This document shows, piece by piece, positions 23,138 through 33,963 of a stretch of DNA of 64,000 nt; the first letter of the stretch is position 1; each line of letters starts with the position of its first letter. The position numbers and the translations under genes are program-made. The stretch is from Candidatus Sulfomarinibacteraceae bacterium (lineage in GTDB: Bacteria > Acidobacteriota > Thermoanaerobaculia > Thermoanaerobaculales > Sulfomarinibacteraceae). Location of the stretch: positions 1,024,001 through 1,088,000 of the forward strand of contig CAWCLO010000001.1 of assembly GCA_963796455.1 (NCBI GenBank), read 5' to 3'. The notes below the pieces were generated by a model. The model had not been told where the DNA came from. It saw only the letters and a list, made by a program, of their open reading frames with translations, and did no database searches.

Positions 23138-24004
23138 TCACTCGTTGGCGAGACTCAATTCGACGGTGATGTCCCTTCTCTCGCCCTCTGCGAGTTCGAC
23201 CACATCGGACCAACGAAGGAATCCCTCCGCACGGATCTCGACCACATGCTCACCCGCACTGGTCGCCAAGGGGCTCTCCATCGAAGCAAGCTCACCAGCG
23301 GTAGCAACAAACACACCGTCGATAGAGACCCTCGCCTGCTCCGGACTGACGCGAAGAAAAAGCGACGCGTTGTGTTTCGAACTCGCTGAAGGGGGCCCGG
23401 CTGCTCCGTCAATGTCGTTCCGGAGCCTTGGATCAGGCCCTCCGGAGCGCGCCGGGACCGCTACCTGTTGTTGCACCGGATTTTTTGGAGAAAATACGCG
23501 GTCGAGCGGAATCCCCTTGCCAAAGTCCTCCTCAGGCTCGCGGTGCCCACTCGAAGCCCTTAGCAACCGATGGGTCATGTCGTATCGGCAGCGAGGTTGA
23601 ACGTCAAGATCGACCCTTACCGTCTGAAAACCATCGAAGCGCAATTCCAGGACATAAAATCCCGGTTCGAGAAAAAGGAATCCCTTCTTGCCGTTAAAAT
23701 ATCGGGATCTCCCGACGAATTTCTCATCGACATGCACCCGGGCGTCTTTGGGGCGGATATCGAATCTGAGCACCGCGAGATCAGGCCCTGGTGGCGTTTC
23801 GGATGACGGTTCCGGCCCATTCCAATAGGCCGCGACCGGGATGCACTGGAGCTCAACCTGACTCACCTCGGCCGAGGTGTCCTGCGGCACCCCGGGTGGC
23901 GTTGCCTCAGCAGCGCTCGGATTCCCCGATACCGGCGCGACCCCGGCAATCGAAACCGTCAAAACGAGGATTCCGACTCCACACAACCCTCGCAACTTCC
24001 TCAT
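23138..24004 (-). CDS. Exported PEGA-domain protein
   Basis: Signal peptide MRKLRGLCGVGILVLTVSIAG and two PEGA-like repeats (PKDARVHVDEKFVG; PEQARVSIDGVFVA..GEHVVEIRAEGF). RBS GGAGGTG. Confidence 0.85.
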   Translation of the reverse strand: MRKLRGLCGVGILVLTVSIAGVAPVSGNPSAAEATPPGVPQDTSAEVSQVELQCIPVAAYWNGPEPSSETPPGPDLAVLRFDIRPKDARVHVDEKFVGRSRYFNGKKGFLFLEPGFYVLELRFDGFQTVRVDLDVQPRCRYDMTHRLLRASSGHREPEEDFGKGIPLDRVFSPKNPVQQQVAVPARSGGPDPRLRNDIDGAAGPPSASSKHNASLFLRVSPEQARVSIDGVFVATAGELASMESPLATSAGEHVVEIRAEGFLRWSDVVELAEGERRDITVELSLANE

Positions 24005-24023
24005 GAAGCACCTCCACGAGGAA

Positions 24024-24929
24024 TTAATGCAATCCCTCTGCCAGACCTTCCAGATAGCAGCTGTCGAGGAACTCAGCGTAAACGGCGGGGGGCACGAGAC
24101 CGTCAAAGACCTCGCCAAACTCCACCGCCAGCCGGAGCAGAGCGCGTCGAAGCCGTCTGGAGTGCTTTTTGCCGGTCAGTTTCTCGACTCCGAGGAACGA
24201 CCGCAGCTCGGGATGATGCTCGGCAAAAATGGCCGCAGACAGCCCAGATGTCCTCTGGCGGCGACAAAATGTCCGCGGAAGAATACGGTGGCGATGGATG
24301 GTTCGCGCTCGTGGTTGATAACGAAGAGTCAGCCCCTCTGCCGCAGCGCGATAGGCAAATTCGATGTCTTCCCAGGCTGCAGCCGGGAAATCCTCGCGAA
24401 ATCCCCCGACCCGTTCGAATTCTCCGCGTGCAATAGAGATATTCGATGTGTAGAAAAAATTAAAGGGCACATGACAAGGATCTTCGATCAACAAATAACC
24501 GAACTGGGCTCCCCATTCGTTGATGTGGCGGAGGAATGGGCTCTCGATATCAGTTGGAAAAGAAGTGTAGCCAAGCACAGCGAGCGGCCCATTGCCGCCG
24601 AACAGTCGATGTTCTTCCAAATGATTCAGCAACCAATCCGGCTGGGGGTCGGTATCGTCGCCGAGAAAAAGTATGAGTTCACCATGTGCTGCCTCGACAC
24701 CGAAGTTCCGGGCCCGCGCCGGCCCAGCGTTGGCCTGGTGACGCACGATCAGATCCGATCGATCCGAATGTCCCTGCAACCACGCCCCTGTTCCATCATT
24801 CGAGCCGTCATCGACGACGACAATCTCGAGCTTGCTCCCATCAGGCACCGCCTGTGTTTCGAGCGATCGCACAACACGCTGCAGATCTGCGAGCCGGTTG
24901 TAGGTCGGTATAACGACACTTGCTCTCAT
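24024..24929 (-). CDS. Glycosyltransferase family 2
   Basis: Motifs SVVIPTYNR, VVDDGSNDGT, GPARARNFG, FLGDD and WEDIEF. Confidence 0.95.
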   Translation of the reverse strand: MRASVVIPTYNRLADLQRVVRSLETQAVPDGSKLEIVVVDDGSNDGTGAWLQGHSDRSDLIVRHQANAGPARARNFGVEAAHGELILFLGDDTDPQPDWLLNHLEEHRLFGGNGPLAVLGYTSFPTDIESPFLRHINEWGAQFGYLLIEDPCHVPFNFFYTSNISIARGEFERVGGFREDFPAAAWEDIEFAYRAAAEGLTLRYQPRARTIHRHRILPRTFCRRQRTSGLSAAIFAEHHPELRSFLGVEKLTGKKHSRRLRRALLRLAVEFGEVFDGLVPPAVYAEFLDSCYLEGLAEGLH

Positions 24930-25816
24930 GATTTTTCATACCCCGGCACCAATCCCGAATGGCGCCAAAAAAGGAGAATACCACTCACACAAACCGCGTC
25001 ATCGGCGCCACAGCCCGCCACCCAATCACGGCTTGAGGCCGCTTGGCAAGAGAACGCGAATAGCCGGTGGCGTAGTCGACGGGAATGAACGGAAAATTCC
25101 TCGGCCTTGCAGCGTTCCACGTCCACCCTTATCCGACTGATTGATCGCGCTCGAGGGCCTGCAATTGCTCGATCTCGACCTTCCGGACAACCACCGGGCG
25201 AAGACGCAATCGACTCTCCAGGTGTTCGATCGACACCAAAATTCGGGCATTTCAACACGACGGTCGCCTGAACATGGAAATATTCGTCTTTGTGAGCATG
25301 AAATCAATCGTATGGTAAACCGGTACCGCTACGGAACACGCCACGTGAAAAATGGGCGAAATCTCCCCTGCACTGTATGCGCCGAAGAATTCAGTAGCCC
25401 GGGAGGCCCTCGCGCCACCACCGACCGGGCCGAGCGGGTCGTCTTTGACCACCGCAAGGCACCCGGATCGCCGCCGGAATTGATCTCGCGACCGATCGAG
25501 ATCGCGCTGCCGGCCCCTCGCATCCACCTGGATCCATTGAGCCGGGCCTCGATGACTTCTTTCCATTGCCGGAGATTATACCGAAATCAGAACAATCGCC
25601 ATCTCATCGATCGCAGATCTGAAGTCTGAAATTTATCAGAAACCCGATCTCCTTTACGGATTTTCAAGAACCAACAACCAACCCCATCACCGCACTGAAA
25701 GTCATGGAAACACGGAGATTATGAAAGAATAATCTATTTCAATCCGATTCCGAATCGGCGTGTATGGCTTATATTTCAACTCTTATTTCGTAACAAGTCA
25801 GTTCCAACACAGTGAA

Positions 25817-25874
25817 TAAAAATGAGAAAAAGATTTAAAAAATGCTTGACTCACGTTTCAGAAATTCATATGCT
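25817..25874 (+). promoter_or_regulatory. Strong sigma70 promoter with AT-rich UP-like element
   Basis: TTGACT (25846-25851), 17 nt, TATGCT (25869-25874), preceded by A-tracts. Confidence 0.75.
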
Positions 25875-25901
25875 GACCACAGTCTCTTGGGGAGGTGTTC
25901 A

Positions 25902-26288
25902 ATGGCGTTCGAAAAGTTCATACCGCCACAAACTTCAGGAGTTCGGCCTCGGGCGACCATTCGACCGAGCGGGTTGATTTCCTTTGATGCTGCTTCGGTG
26001 GAAGCCTTCGGCCTCGACTCGGCGAAGTTTGCCGTCCTGTATTTCGACAAAACACGCAAACTCGTGGGAATACAGATCATCAAAAACGGCACCGATGACG
26101 GCGTGCTAAAACTCTCTCGGAGGCGTCGTTCGGTGAGCCTGAAAGCGCCACAGTTTTTTGATCTTTACGGGCTTTCTTTCGATGAGGCACAGCGCTTTGA
26201 CGTTGGACATGATCCGTCATCGAATATGCTGACGATCAGCTTGAAGAACGTGCAACGACGACGCGGACGGCGCCCGAAGAAATCCTGA
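25902..26288 (+). CDS. Basic hypothetical protein, candidate DNA-binding protein
   Basis: GGGGAGGTG precedes the ATG at 25902. The 128-aa product is beta-rich by pattern and ends in RRRGRRPKKS. Confidence 0.75.
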   Translation: MAFEKFIPPQTSGVRPRATIRPSGLISFDAASVEAFGLDSAKFAVLYFDKTRKLVGIQIIKNGTDDGVLKLSRRRRSVSLKAPQFFDLYGLSFDEAQRFDVGHDPSSNMLTISLKNVQRRRGRRPKKS

Positions 26289-26293
26289 TCCAA

Positions 26294-27097
26294 CTATTCC
26301 GAGCGACGCGGCCAGTCCTCACCAATATCAAAGAGATTCCGAAAGCCGGCGGAAGAGATCGAAGCGATTTCGACCGCCGGTTTTTTCCATTCCTTCGCCA
26401 ATTGGTGACCCACCTCCGTGACATATGACGGTTCGTTACGTTTGCCGCGATGTGGGACGGGCGCCAGGAATGGGCTATCCGTTTCAACCAGGACATTTTC
26501 AGGGCGCAAGACTGCGGCCATTTCCCGAATATTGTCGGCTGCTTTGAAGGTCACCATGCCGGAAATCCCGATCGAAAGTCCCAACTCGATGACGCGAAGC
26601 GCCTCTCGAGGACCTTCGGTAAAGGAGTGACAGACTCCCCGCAAAGCGCCACGATGACCTTCGAGCACCGTTTCGAGATCTGACCACGACTCACGGTTAT
26701 GGAGTATGACCGGCAACCTGGCCTCGGCCGCAAGGGCGAGCTGCCACTCGAGGGCGCTCAACTGGTCCTCTCGAGGCGAATTCATGTAGTGATAGTCGAG
26801 CCCGATTTCACCCACGGCCACCACGCCCGGTTCCTCGAGCGCAGCTTCTATCCGTCGTTTGAGCCCGTCGTCAAGGGAGGCCGCATCGTGGGGATGGACC
26901 CCCGCAGCCGCGACGACGCAGCTGGAAAAATCTTGAGCAAGGGAAATCGCCACATCGAGATCATCAGCGCCGGTGGCCGGCACCAGAACCCCAACAACCC
27001 CGGCGGCGAAAGCACGGTCGAGCACTTCGGAAATCTCGTCTGCTTCGAACATTGTCAGATGGGCGTGGGAATCGATCCAGGTGGTGGTTGCTTCCAT
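26294..27097 (-). CDS. tatD: TatD family nuclease
   Basis: Motifs IDSHAHL, GVHPH, VGEIGLDY, HSFT and ETDSPFLAP. Confidence 0.95.
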   Translation of the reverse strand: MEATTTWIDSHAHLTMFEADEISEVLDRAFAAGVVGVLVPATGADDLDVAISLAQDFSSCVVAAAGVHPHDAASLDDGLKRRIEAALEEPGVVAVGEIGLDYHYMNSPREDQLSALEWQLALAAEARLPVILHNRESWSDLETVLEGHRGALRGVCHSFTEGPREALRVIELGLSIGISGMVTFKAADNIREMAAVLRPENVLVETDSPFLAPVPHRGKRNEPSYVTEVGHQLAKEWKKPAVEIASISSAGFRNLFDIGEDWPRRSE

Positions 27098-27147
27098 GGG
27101 GGGAGTGTAACCCGTACGCCGGAGGGCGACCTAGACGACATGGCTTG

Positions 27148-27217
27148 GCTATGGGCTATGGGCTATGGGCTATGGGCTATGGGCTATGGGCTAAAGCTTA
27201 TCGCTTATCGCCTTCAG
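27148..27217. repeat. Heptamer array (GCTATGG)x6 plus degenerate GCTTATC units
   Basis: Six perfect copies at 27148-27189, between rsmE and tatD. Confidence 0.9.
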
Positions 27218-27232
27218 CGATGTCAGGCGGCC

Positions 27233-27956
27233 TCAGAGCAGCCCCTCGTCCCTTGCGATCAACATTGCGGCACCAACCACAGCCGCGGTTTCGGCGCGGA
27301 GAATATTGACGCCCAATCGTACGCGGGGCCAGCCTGTTCGTTCGAAGAGATCGATCTCCGCTGGCGGAAAATCCCCCCTCGGGACCCACCGCAAGTGCTC
27401 TCTTCGATCCTCCGGAGATCTCCGGCAGGGGCTGACCATCAGCAATCCGCCACGAGACCGCGATCGCGAAACGATCAACGAACGCCGCAAGCTCCTGAGG
27501 TTCCTCAAGTTCCATCGACCACGGGCGGCGGCACTGTTTGAGCGCCTGCATTGCAGTTCGGCGCCAGTGACCGAGCCGACTGCTGAGATCGCGGCCTCGT
27601 CCCTGGGTTCGCTCGCAGATGACGGGCACAAACCGCCTGACACCAATCTCAACCGCCTTCTGAACTGCCCAATCCATCGCGCTTCGATCGATGATCGCGA
27701 GGCCGAGAGTCACTCCCTGGCCGCCCGGCGGGTCCTTGCGATCGATGGTCAACAGCTCCGCAGACACCCGTCTCGTGGCCAGTTCACGAAGAACAGCCAC
27801 AGCGACGGTCCCACGTCCATCGGCGAGGACGATTTCGTCGCCCGGCCGGCACCTCAAGGCCCCGGCAGCATGCCGCGCTTCAGGTTCTTCGAGATCAACC
27901 GTCTCGCCGGAAGATCCATCCAAAGCATCGATCAGCAACCACGGTCGCTGCTTCAT
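27233..27956 (-). CDS. rsmE: 16S rRNA m3U1498 methyltransferase, frameshifted
   Basis: Motifs MDWAVQKAVEIGV, ALKQCRR, VGPEGGFS and LGVNILRAETAA, with the C-terminus in a second frame. Confidence 0.9.
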
Positions 27957-28804
27957 GACGCCACCGCCGCCGTCAAGCACGCCCATTCGCCCATGACCGT
28001 TTGTTCCTCGATGATGAGGCCGGCGGCGGCTAGATTCATCGACACATCCTCCACCTCAGTGAGCAGAATTCCCGAGAAAACCACTCTTCCATGCTCCTGG
28101 AGCGCTCCCCGCAGATCAGCCAGCATGGGCAGAAAATGGGCCGAAATCATATTGCACAAGACAAGGTCGAAGGATGAAGCCGCAACGCCGGAGATCGACC
28201 CGAGAACCAATGTGACGGAGGGGTCCCACTCCTGCTGAGCAAGGACCTGCCGTGCCACCCAGGTCGCCGATGGATCGATATCGATGGCGATGACCCGTTT
28301 CGCACCGGAAAGGTCCGCGGCCAGCGCCAGGATACCCGAACCGGTTCCGAGATCGAGGACGTCGAGACCGACGAGATCCATCCGTTCCAGAGCTTCGAGG
28401 ATCAATTGGGTCGATTCGTGACTGCCGGAACCAAAAGCCATTCGTGGTTCGATCACCAGCCGCCGTCGATCAGGTGGCGCAGGTGAAGGTGTATCCGGCC
28501 GGGGATCGATCCACCAGCGGCGGCCGATGGAAAAAGGGCGCGTCGCTTCGCGATACCGCGCGAGCCAATCGTGGACTGCGATCTCCTCGACGCTCAGATC
28601 CGTGGCACCTACCCCATTCAGCATCGATGCCATCTCGGCGATGGCCGGGGAATCCCGGGCTTCGGTATAGGTGACAACGCGCTGCATTCCGTCGCTGCCG
28701 GGCTCCACCACCGTGCCCAGGATCGGCCACGGGCCCAGAAGTTCAGGGAGATCCTCCTCCAAACCGTCAGGAATCTGGAAACGAAGGCTGATATAGCCGT
28801 CCAC
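27953..28804 (-). CDS. prmA: Ribosomal protein L11 methyltransferase
   Basis: Motifs IEPRMAFGSGSHEST, VLDLGTGSGILA and FSGIL. It follows dnaJ. Confidence 0.93.
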   Translation of the reverse strand: MDGYISLRFQIPDGLEEDLPELLGPWPILGTVVEPGSDGMQRVVTYTEARDSPAIAEMASMLNGVGATDLSVEEIAVHDWLARYREATRPFSIGRRWWIDPRPDTPSPAPPDRRRLVIEPRMAFGSGSHESTQLILEALERMDLVGLDVLDLGTGSGILALAADLSGAKRVIAIDIDPSATWVARQVLAQQEWDPSVTLVLGSISGVAASSFDLVLCNMISAHFLPMLADLRGALQEHGRVVFSGILLTEVEDVSMNLAAAGLIIEEQTVMGEWACLTAAVAS

Positions 28805-28829
28805 CGGTCAGCTCACGCGCATCGTCTCA

Positions 28830-29969
28830 TCAGTCACCGACGCTGAAAGCGCGTTTGATCCGGTCGAAGAAGCCCATGTCTTCTTCGGGCTCGAGACCCC
28901 CTCCGAGTTCCGCGACCTCTTCGAGGAGCTTTCGTTGATCCCGGGACAGGACTTTTGGCACCACCACCTTCAGGTGAACATAAAGGCTGCCCTGGCGACG
29001 TCCGTTGACGTGCGGCATGCCTGCACCACTGATCCGAAGGATGTCTCCGGGCTGCGCACCGTTGGATATGTCGAGTTTTCGTTCTTCGCCCAATATGGTC
29101 GGTATGGTCACTTGAGTGCCGAGCATTGCCTGAAAAACCGACACTGGAAGCTCGAGGTGGAGATCCGAACCATCGCGTTCGAAGAGCTCGTGGTCTTCGA
29201 TAGCCATGACGACATAAAGATCGCCACGGGGGCCGCCCATCGATCCATCCTCTCCCTCGCCGCCAAGACGCAAGCGCATCCCGTTGTCGACTCCGGGGGG
29301 CACTGTCACCGCGAGGGTCGCTTCCTGTTCAGATCGACCACGACCGTCGCATTCGGTGCAGGGATCACGATTGACCCGGCCCGCGCCACCACAAGAAGGA
29401 CAGGTTTGAGCGACGGAGAGAAAGCCGCGCCGAAAGGCGACCTGGCCCGCGCCCTGGCAGGTGCCGCAACTCTCGGGAGTCGTGCCCGGTTCTGAACCCG
29501 AACCGTCGCATCGATCGCAACTTTCGAATCGCGGCACACGAATCGATTTTTCGACCCCTCGAGCCGCCTCCTCGAGCGTCAGCTTGAGCGTGTATTGAAG
29601 GTCGTGGCCACGGCTCGATCGGCGCCCGGAAGCTCCCCTGCGGGTCCCGAATATGTCTCCGAAACCAAAGAGGTCGCCGAGAATGTCGGCAAAGTCGCCA
29701 AAGGAATTGGGGTCAAATCCCGTAAACGGATCGCCACCGAGGCCCTGATGGCCAAAGCGGTCGTATTGAGCCCGTTTTTCAGCGTTGGACAGGACCGCAT
29801 AGGCCTCCGCCGCCTCTTTGAACCTCTCCTCGGCTGCGGAATCATCGGGGTTTCGATCGGGATGGTTCTCGATCGCGAGCTGCCGGTAAGCAGTCTTGAT
29901 CTCGCCAGCCGACGCATCCCGGGCAACACCAAGGATCTCGTAATAATCTCGCCGGGTCGCCGCACTCAT
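28830..29969 (-). CDS. dnaJ: Chaperone DnaJ
   Basis: J domain with HPD, a G/F-rich region and four CxxCxGxG repeats. Confidence 0.98.
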   Translation of the reverse strand: MSAATRRDYYEILGVARDASAGEIKTAYRQLAIENHPDRNPDDSAAEERFKEAAEAYAVLSNAEKRAQYDRFGHQGLGGDPFTGFDPNSFGDFADILGDLFGFGDIFGTRRGASGRRSSRGHDLQYTLKLTLEEAARGVEKSIRVPRFESCDRCDGSGSEPGTTPESCGTCQGAGQVAFRRGFLSVAQTCPSCGGAGRVNRDPCTECDGRGRSEQEATLAVTVPPGVDNGMRLRLGGEGEDGSMGGPRGDLYVVMAIEDHELFERDGSDLHLELPVSVFQAMLGTQVTIPTILGEERKLDISNGAQPGDILRISGAGMPHVNGRRQGSLYVHLKVVVPKVLSRDQRKLLEEVAELGGGLEPEEDMGFFDRIKRAFSVGD

Positions 29970-30092
29970 CTTGATTCAGCCTGCATTTCTCGCCACCTCA
30001 CCAATGCTGCCCGCGATATCCCGCATCCTTCGGATATGTTCTCGCACTGGATCGTTCGATCGGTGTCACGGTGCCAGGTTCGAAAACGCCAT

Positions 30093-30121
30093 ATCATACG
30101 ACATCATTCCGGCCTCGTCAC
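30093..30121 (-). promoter_or_regulatory. Candidate internal promoter upstream of dnaJ
   Basis: GTGACG-17 nt-TATGAT in the 174-bp dnaK-dnaJ gap. Confidence 0.45.
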
Positions 30122-30143
30122 ACGCTCCGGCCCGAGTTACCGG

Positions 30144-32039
30144 CTATGACTCGTTTTCACCATCCTCGGAACCGGCGTGGTCTTTGATCGGGGGCGCATC
30201 GGAGCTCATCTTGAGTTCGCCGCCGAGCGCCGCCACAGGATCCAGCATGATCACGTGAGTCAGGATCTGGGCCGCGTCCTGAACCGCATAGATCGCCTCT
30301 TCGAGCACCGAGCGTTCTTCGCTCGTGAGCGCCTTGCGGGCGCGGTTGATCGTCGCTCTGACTTCTTCACGATCTTCGGTCGAAAGCCCCGCACCAAACT
30401 CACGAACGACCCGCTCGTTGGTATAGAGAAGGCCCTCGAGTCGGTTCTGGAGTTCGCGAATCTCGCGGTGTTCCTGATCGTCTTTGCGAAACTTGTCGGC
30501 TTCGGCAATCAACGCATCGATCTCCGCCTTCGAAAGACCGCCGGCCGGGTTGACCTCGATGCTCTGTTCCTTGCCGGTTGCGAGATCTCGGGCACTCACG
30601 TTGACGATCCCATTGGAATCGATAGCAAAGGTGACCTCGATCTGAGGCACCCCTCGGGGGGCAGGCGGAATTCCGACAAGATCAAATCGACCCAGCGATC
30701 GGTTCTCGCTGGAGATACCTCGCTCGCCTTGGAGAACATGAATGTTCACCGTGGTTTGGTTTTCTCCAACGGTCGTGAAGATCATCGATTTCTTAGTCGG
30801 CACGGTTGAATTGCGTTCGATGATTCTGGTGAAGAGCCCGCCGTGAGTCTCGATGCCGAGGGACAGCGGCGTCACGTCGAGCAGGATGAGGTCCTTGACT
30901 TCACCCTGCAGAATGCCGGCCTGAATGGCGGCACCGATGCCGACCACTTCGTCGGGATTGATGTCCTGATTGGCCTCGCGTTTGAAGAATTCCGCGACGG
31001 TCCTCTGAACCAATGGCATCCGGGTTTGCCCACCCACCAGGATGACCTCGTTGATCTGTTCGGGCTCCAGGCGCGCCGCCTCGAGCGCATTGCGACAAGG
31101 TTCCAGGGTTCGTTCGACGAGGTCGGCGACCAGGCCCTCGACCTGGGTCTGAGTGAGGGTCACCTGGAGGTGCTTCGGACCAGTGTGGTCGGCAGCGATA
31201 AAGGGCAGCGAGATCTCGTTTTCTTCATGGGTCGAGAGCTCACATTTGGCGGCCTCGGCCGCCTCTTTGATGCGCTGCATGGCCATCATGTCGCCCGACA
31301 GGTCGAGTCCGGTTTCAGTTTTGAACTCCTGCAGGAGGTGCTCCATGATCCTGGAGTCAAAATCCTCACCACCCAAAAAAGTGTCGCCGGCTGTGGACTT
31401 CACCTCGTAGATACCATCGCCGATTTCGAGCACCGAGATATCGAAAGTACCGCCGCCGAGGTCGTACACTGCGATGGTCTCGTTTTTGTTCTTGCCAAAA
31501 CCGTAGGCCAACGACGCTGCCGTCGGCTCATTGATGATTCGAAGCACTTCCAGACCGGCAATGGTGCCGGCATCCTTGGTGGCCTGTCGCTGACTGTCGT
31601 CGAAGTATGCCGGAACCGTAATGATTGCCTGGGTGATCTCCTCACCCAGAAACTCCTCGGCGAACTCCTTGATCTCACGCAGGATGAATGAAGAAATTTC
31701 GGGAGGGCTGTACTGCCGTTCGAGAATCTCCACACTCACGTCGCCGTTTTCCGCCTCGACAATGGAATACGGCACCAAGGTTCTCGCCCACCGCACTTCT
31801 TCGGAATCGAAACGGCGGCCGATCAGACGTTTGACTGCATATGCGGTGTTCTGAGGATTGGTCATCGCCTGACGTCGCGCGATCTGGCCAACCAGGCGCT
31901 CCCCGGCGGCCGTGAAAGCGACCACCGAAGGCGTCGTTCTGGCGCCTTCTCGATTTGGTATGACCACGGGCTTGGTGACATCGACCACCGCAGCACAGCA
32001 GTTTGTCGTCCCGAGGTCGATGCCGATGATCTTGCTCAC
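30144..32039 (-). CDS. dnaK: Chaperone DnaK (Hsp70)
   Basis: Motifs [36 protein letters not shown] and [13 protein letters not shown]. Confidence 0.98.
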   Translation of the reverse strand: MSKIIGIDLGTTNCCAAVVDVTKPVVIPNREGARTTPSVVAFTAAGERLVGQIARRQAMTNPQNTAYAVKRLIGRRFDSEEVRWARTLVPYSIVEAENGDVSVEILERQYSPPEISSFILREIKEFAEEFLGEEITQAIITVPAYFDDSQRQATKDAGTIAGLEVLRIINEPTAASLAYGFGKNKNETIAVYDLGGGTFDISVLEIGDGIYEVKSTAGDTFLGGEDFDSRIMEHLLQEFKTETGLDLSGDMMAMQRIKEAAEAAKCELSTHEENEISLPFIAADHTGPKHLQVTLTQTQVEGLVADLVERTLEPCRNALEAARLEPEQINEVILVGGQTRMPLVQRTVAEFFKREANQDINPDEVVGIGAAIQAGILQGEVKDLILLDVTPLSLGIETHGGLFTRIIERNSTVPTKKSMIFTTVGENQTTVNIHVLQGERGISSENRSLGRFDLVGIPPAPRGVPQIEVTFAIDSNGIVNVSARDLATGKEQSIEVNPAGGLSKAEIDALIAEADKFRKDDQEHREIRELQNRLEGLLYTNERVVREFGAGLSTEDREEVRATINRARKALTSEERSVLEEAIYAVQDAAQILTHVIMLDPVAALGGELKMSSDAPPIKDHAGSEDGENES

Positions 32040-32674
32040 GAAGCTTCTCCCTCGCCGCCCCCGCCACTCTCAGGTTCAACCGCGACCCCGACCATTGCCG
32101 GCCGGATCAATCGGTCCCCAAGTCTGTAGCCTTTGAGCATCACCCACGCCACGGTTCCCGGTTCGTGCTCACTATTCTCCACCCGTTGCACAGCCTCGTG
32201 AACCTCCGGATCGAAAGGCAGTCCGACCGGATTGATCTCGGCCACGCCGCGCCGATCGAGCAGATCCGCCAGCTGTTTCGAGATCATCTCGACGCCCTCG
32301 CGGAAGGCCCCGCTGTCGTCACCGGAATGCTGCAGAGCCCGGTCGAAATTGTCGATGACCGGCAAGAGTTCGGCGATGAACTCTTCCGCCCCGGCCCGAC
32401 GATGCTCGTCGCGCTCCCGCTCGACCCGCTTGCGAAAATTGTCGAACTCGGCCAACTTGCGAAGATAAACGTCACGCACGTGTTCGACTTCGGCCCTGAG
32501 TTGCTCGACCTCGGACAAGGGGGGTTCAGCGACGACCTGAACCTCAGCTGTCTCCTCGGGAGACGCCTTCGTCTCGCCTTCAACAACCTCTTCGTCCCCT
32601 GCGTCGATGAACTCGATTTCCACCTCGTCGGCGAAGTTGTCAGCGTCGATTGGAAAGTCTTTTTCGTCAGGCAT
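32036..32674 (-). CDS. grpE: Nucleotide exchange factor GrpE
   Basis: Motifs [28 protein letters not shown] and [15 protein letters not shown]. Confidence 0.97.
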   Translation of the reverse strand: MPDEKDFPIDADNFADEVEIEFIDAGDEEVVEGETKASPEETAEVQVVAEPPLSEVEQLRAEVEHVRDVYLRKLAEFDNFRKRVERERDEHRRAGAEEFIAELLPVIDNFDRALQHSGDDSGAFREGVEMISKQLADLLDRRGVAEINPVGLPFDPEVHEAVQRVENSEHEPGTVAWVMLKGYRLGDRLIRPAMVGVAVEPESGGGGEGEAS

Positions 32675-33716
32675 GGTTCGCTCCGGGCGTTTCCAACATC
32701 TGCGTCAACGTGTCCCCTATGTACTCCACCACCGGCACGATTTTCTGATAGTCCAACCTACGCGGTCCGACCACGCCAATAGCACCTGCCCGGCGGTTGT
32801 CTCGATAAAACAAGGTGGCGACGATTCCGAGACCACCCGATGCGGTCGCCTCCGACTCTTCCCCGATCAGTACCTGGGTTCGTCCGCCGGCAAAAACCCG
32901 CCGCAGTTCGCCTGCGATGCGATTGTGGTCCTGCAACGAGGCCAGCAGCGAGCGGACGCGATCGATTTCTGAAAAGGCGGCTGTTCCGAGGAGGTTCCCA
33001 GTGCCGGCGACCCGCACTTCGACCTCGAGTTCTTCACTCGTGAAGACTTGCCGCGCTACACCACGAGCCTCTTCGCGCAGCCTCTCAGACTCCGGCGCCT
33101 GACGCCGGGTCACCAAGCTCTCGTGATCGGCTGATACATCCTCGATCCGGAGGCCAGCGAGATTCCTGGTCAGAAAATTCGCAATCGTCTGCAATTCTTC
33201 CCGGCTCCGATTTCGATCTATTTCGAAGACCCGTTTTTCGACGGTTCCATCGTCGGTCACGATCACACAAAGCACCCGGCGGCCGCCAAGCAAAACCAAT
33301 GAAACGGCCTCTAAGATGGGCCCCTCATCGACAGGCCGCACGGCCACACCGGCTTCCCTGGTTGCATCGGCCACCAATTCCGCAACCCAATCGATGTCTT
33401 CCTCGAGTTCCCGCCGCATGAATTCCATCCGACCGGCAAGTTGCCGGCGCACAATCGGAGGCGGTGGCGTCGAGCGTGGCAGATTGTCGACGTACAAACG
33501 AAAGGCGCGATCCGACGGAACACTCCCCGCAGAGGCGTGAGGGCGATGAAGAAAGCCACCATCCTCCAGATCCGCCATCACGCCGCGAATGGTCGCAGAA
33601 GACAGACCGAGACCGGAATGGCGTGCCACACGTTTCGAGGCAATCGGCTCCCCAGAGCGGATATACAGCTCGACAACGGCACAGAGAACGGAAAACGCTC
33701 TCCTGCTCAAATCCAT
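32667..33716 (-). CDS. hrcA: Heat-inducible transcription repressor HrcA (divergent)
   Basis: Motifs YIRSGEPIAS, SSATIR, PHASAG and GAIGVVGPRRLDY. It is the first gene of the dnaK operon. Confidence 0.93.
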   Translation of the reverse strand: MDLSRRAFSVLCAVVELYIRSGEPIASKRVARHSGLGLSSATIRGVMADLEDGGFLHRPHASAGSVPSDRAFRLYVDNLPRSTPPPPIVRRQLAGRMEFMRRELEEDIDWVAELVADATREAGVAVRPVDEGPILEAVSLVLLGGRRVLCVIVTDDGTVEKRVFEIDRNRSREELQTIANFLTRNLAGLRIEDVSADHESLVTRRQAPESERLREEARGVARQVFTSEELEVEVRVAGTGNLLGTAAFSEIDRVRSLLASLQDHNRIAGELRRVFAGGRTQVLIGEESEATASGGLGIVATLFYRDNRRAGAIGVVGPRRLDYQKIVPVVEYIGDTLTQMLETPGANHA

Positions 33717-33904
33717 CAAAAACTCCCGGTCATGCTTCAACAAACCGACCTCCAGACTGCAAACAAAAGGCCTGCAATCTTCACTCGGGAAAGTCCGAGG
33801 CCAGCATCCATAATTGTAACATCGACGCGAATCCCATGGCGTCGTTCTTTCGCCGGCTTCGAATGGCGCGAAATCGTCGTAGAGACCGCAACCAATTGCA
33901 GATA

Positions 33905-33933
33905 TTGACCGTTGTGGGCCACTGTGTTAGCTT
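33905..33933 (+). promoter_or_regulatory. Sigma70-type promoter of the mglA-like gene
   Basis: TTGACC-17 nt-TAGCTT with an extended TG. Confidence 0.55.
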
Positions 33934-33963
33934 GGAATTTGCGAACAAGGTCGCAATTCTGCC

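Noticed and set aside
33717..33963. CIRCE element
   Set aside because: Only a partial TTAGC is present, which belongs to the mglA -10 box. There is no 9-N9-9 inverted repeat.
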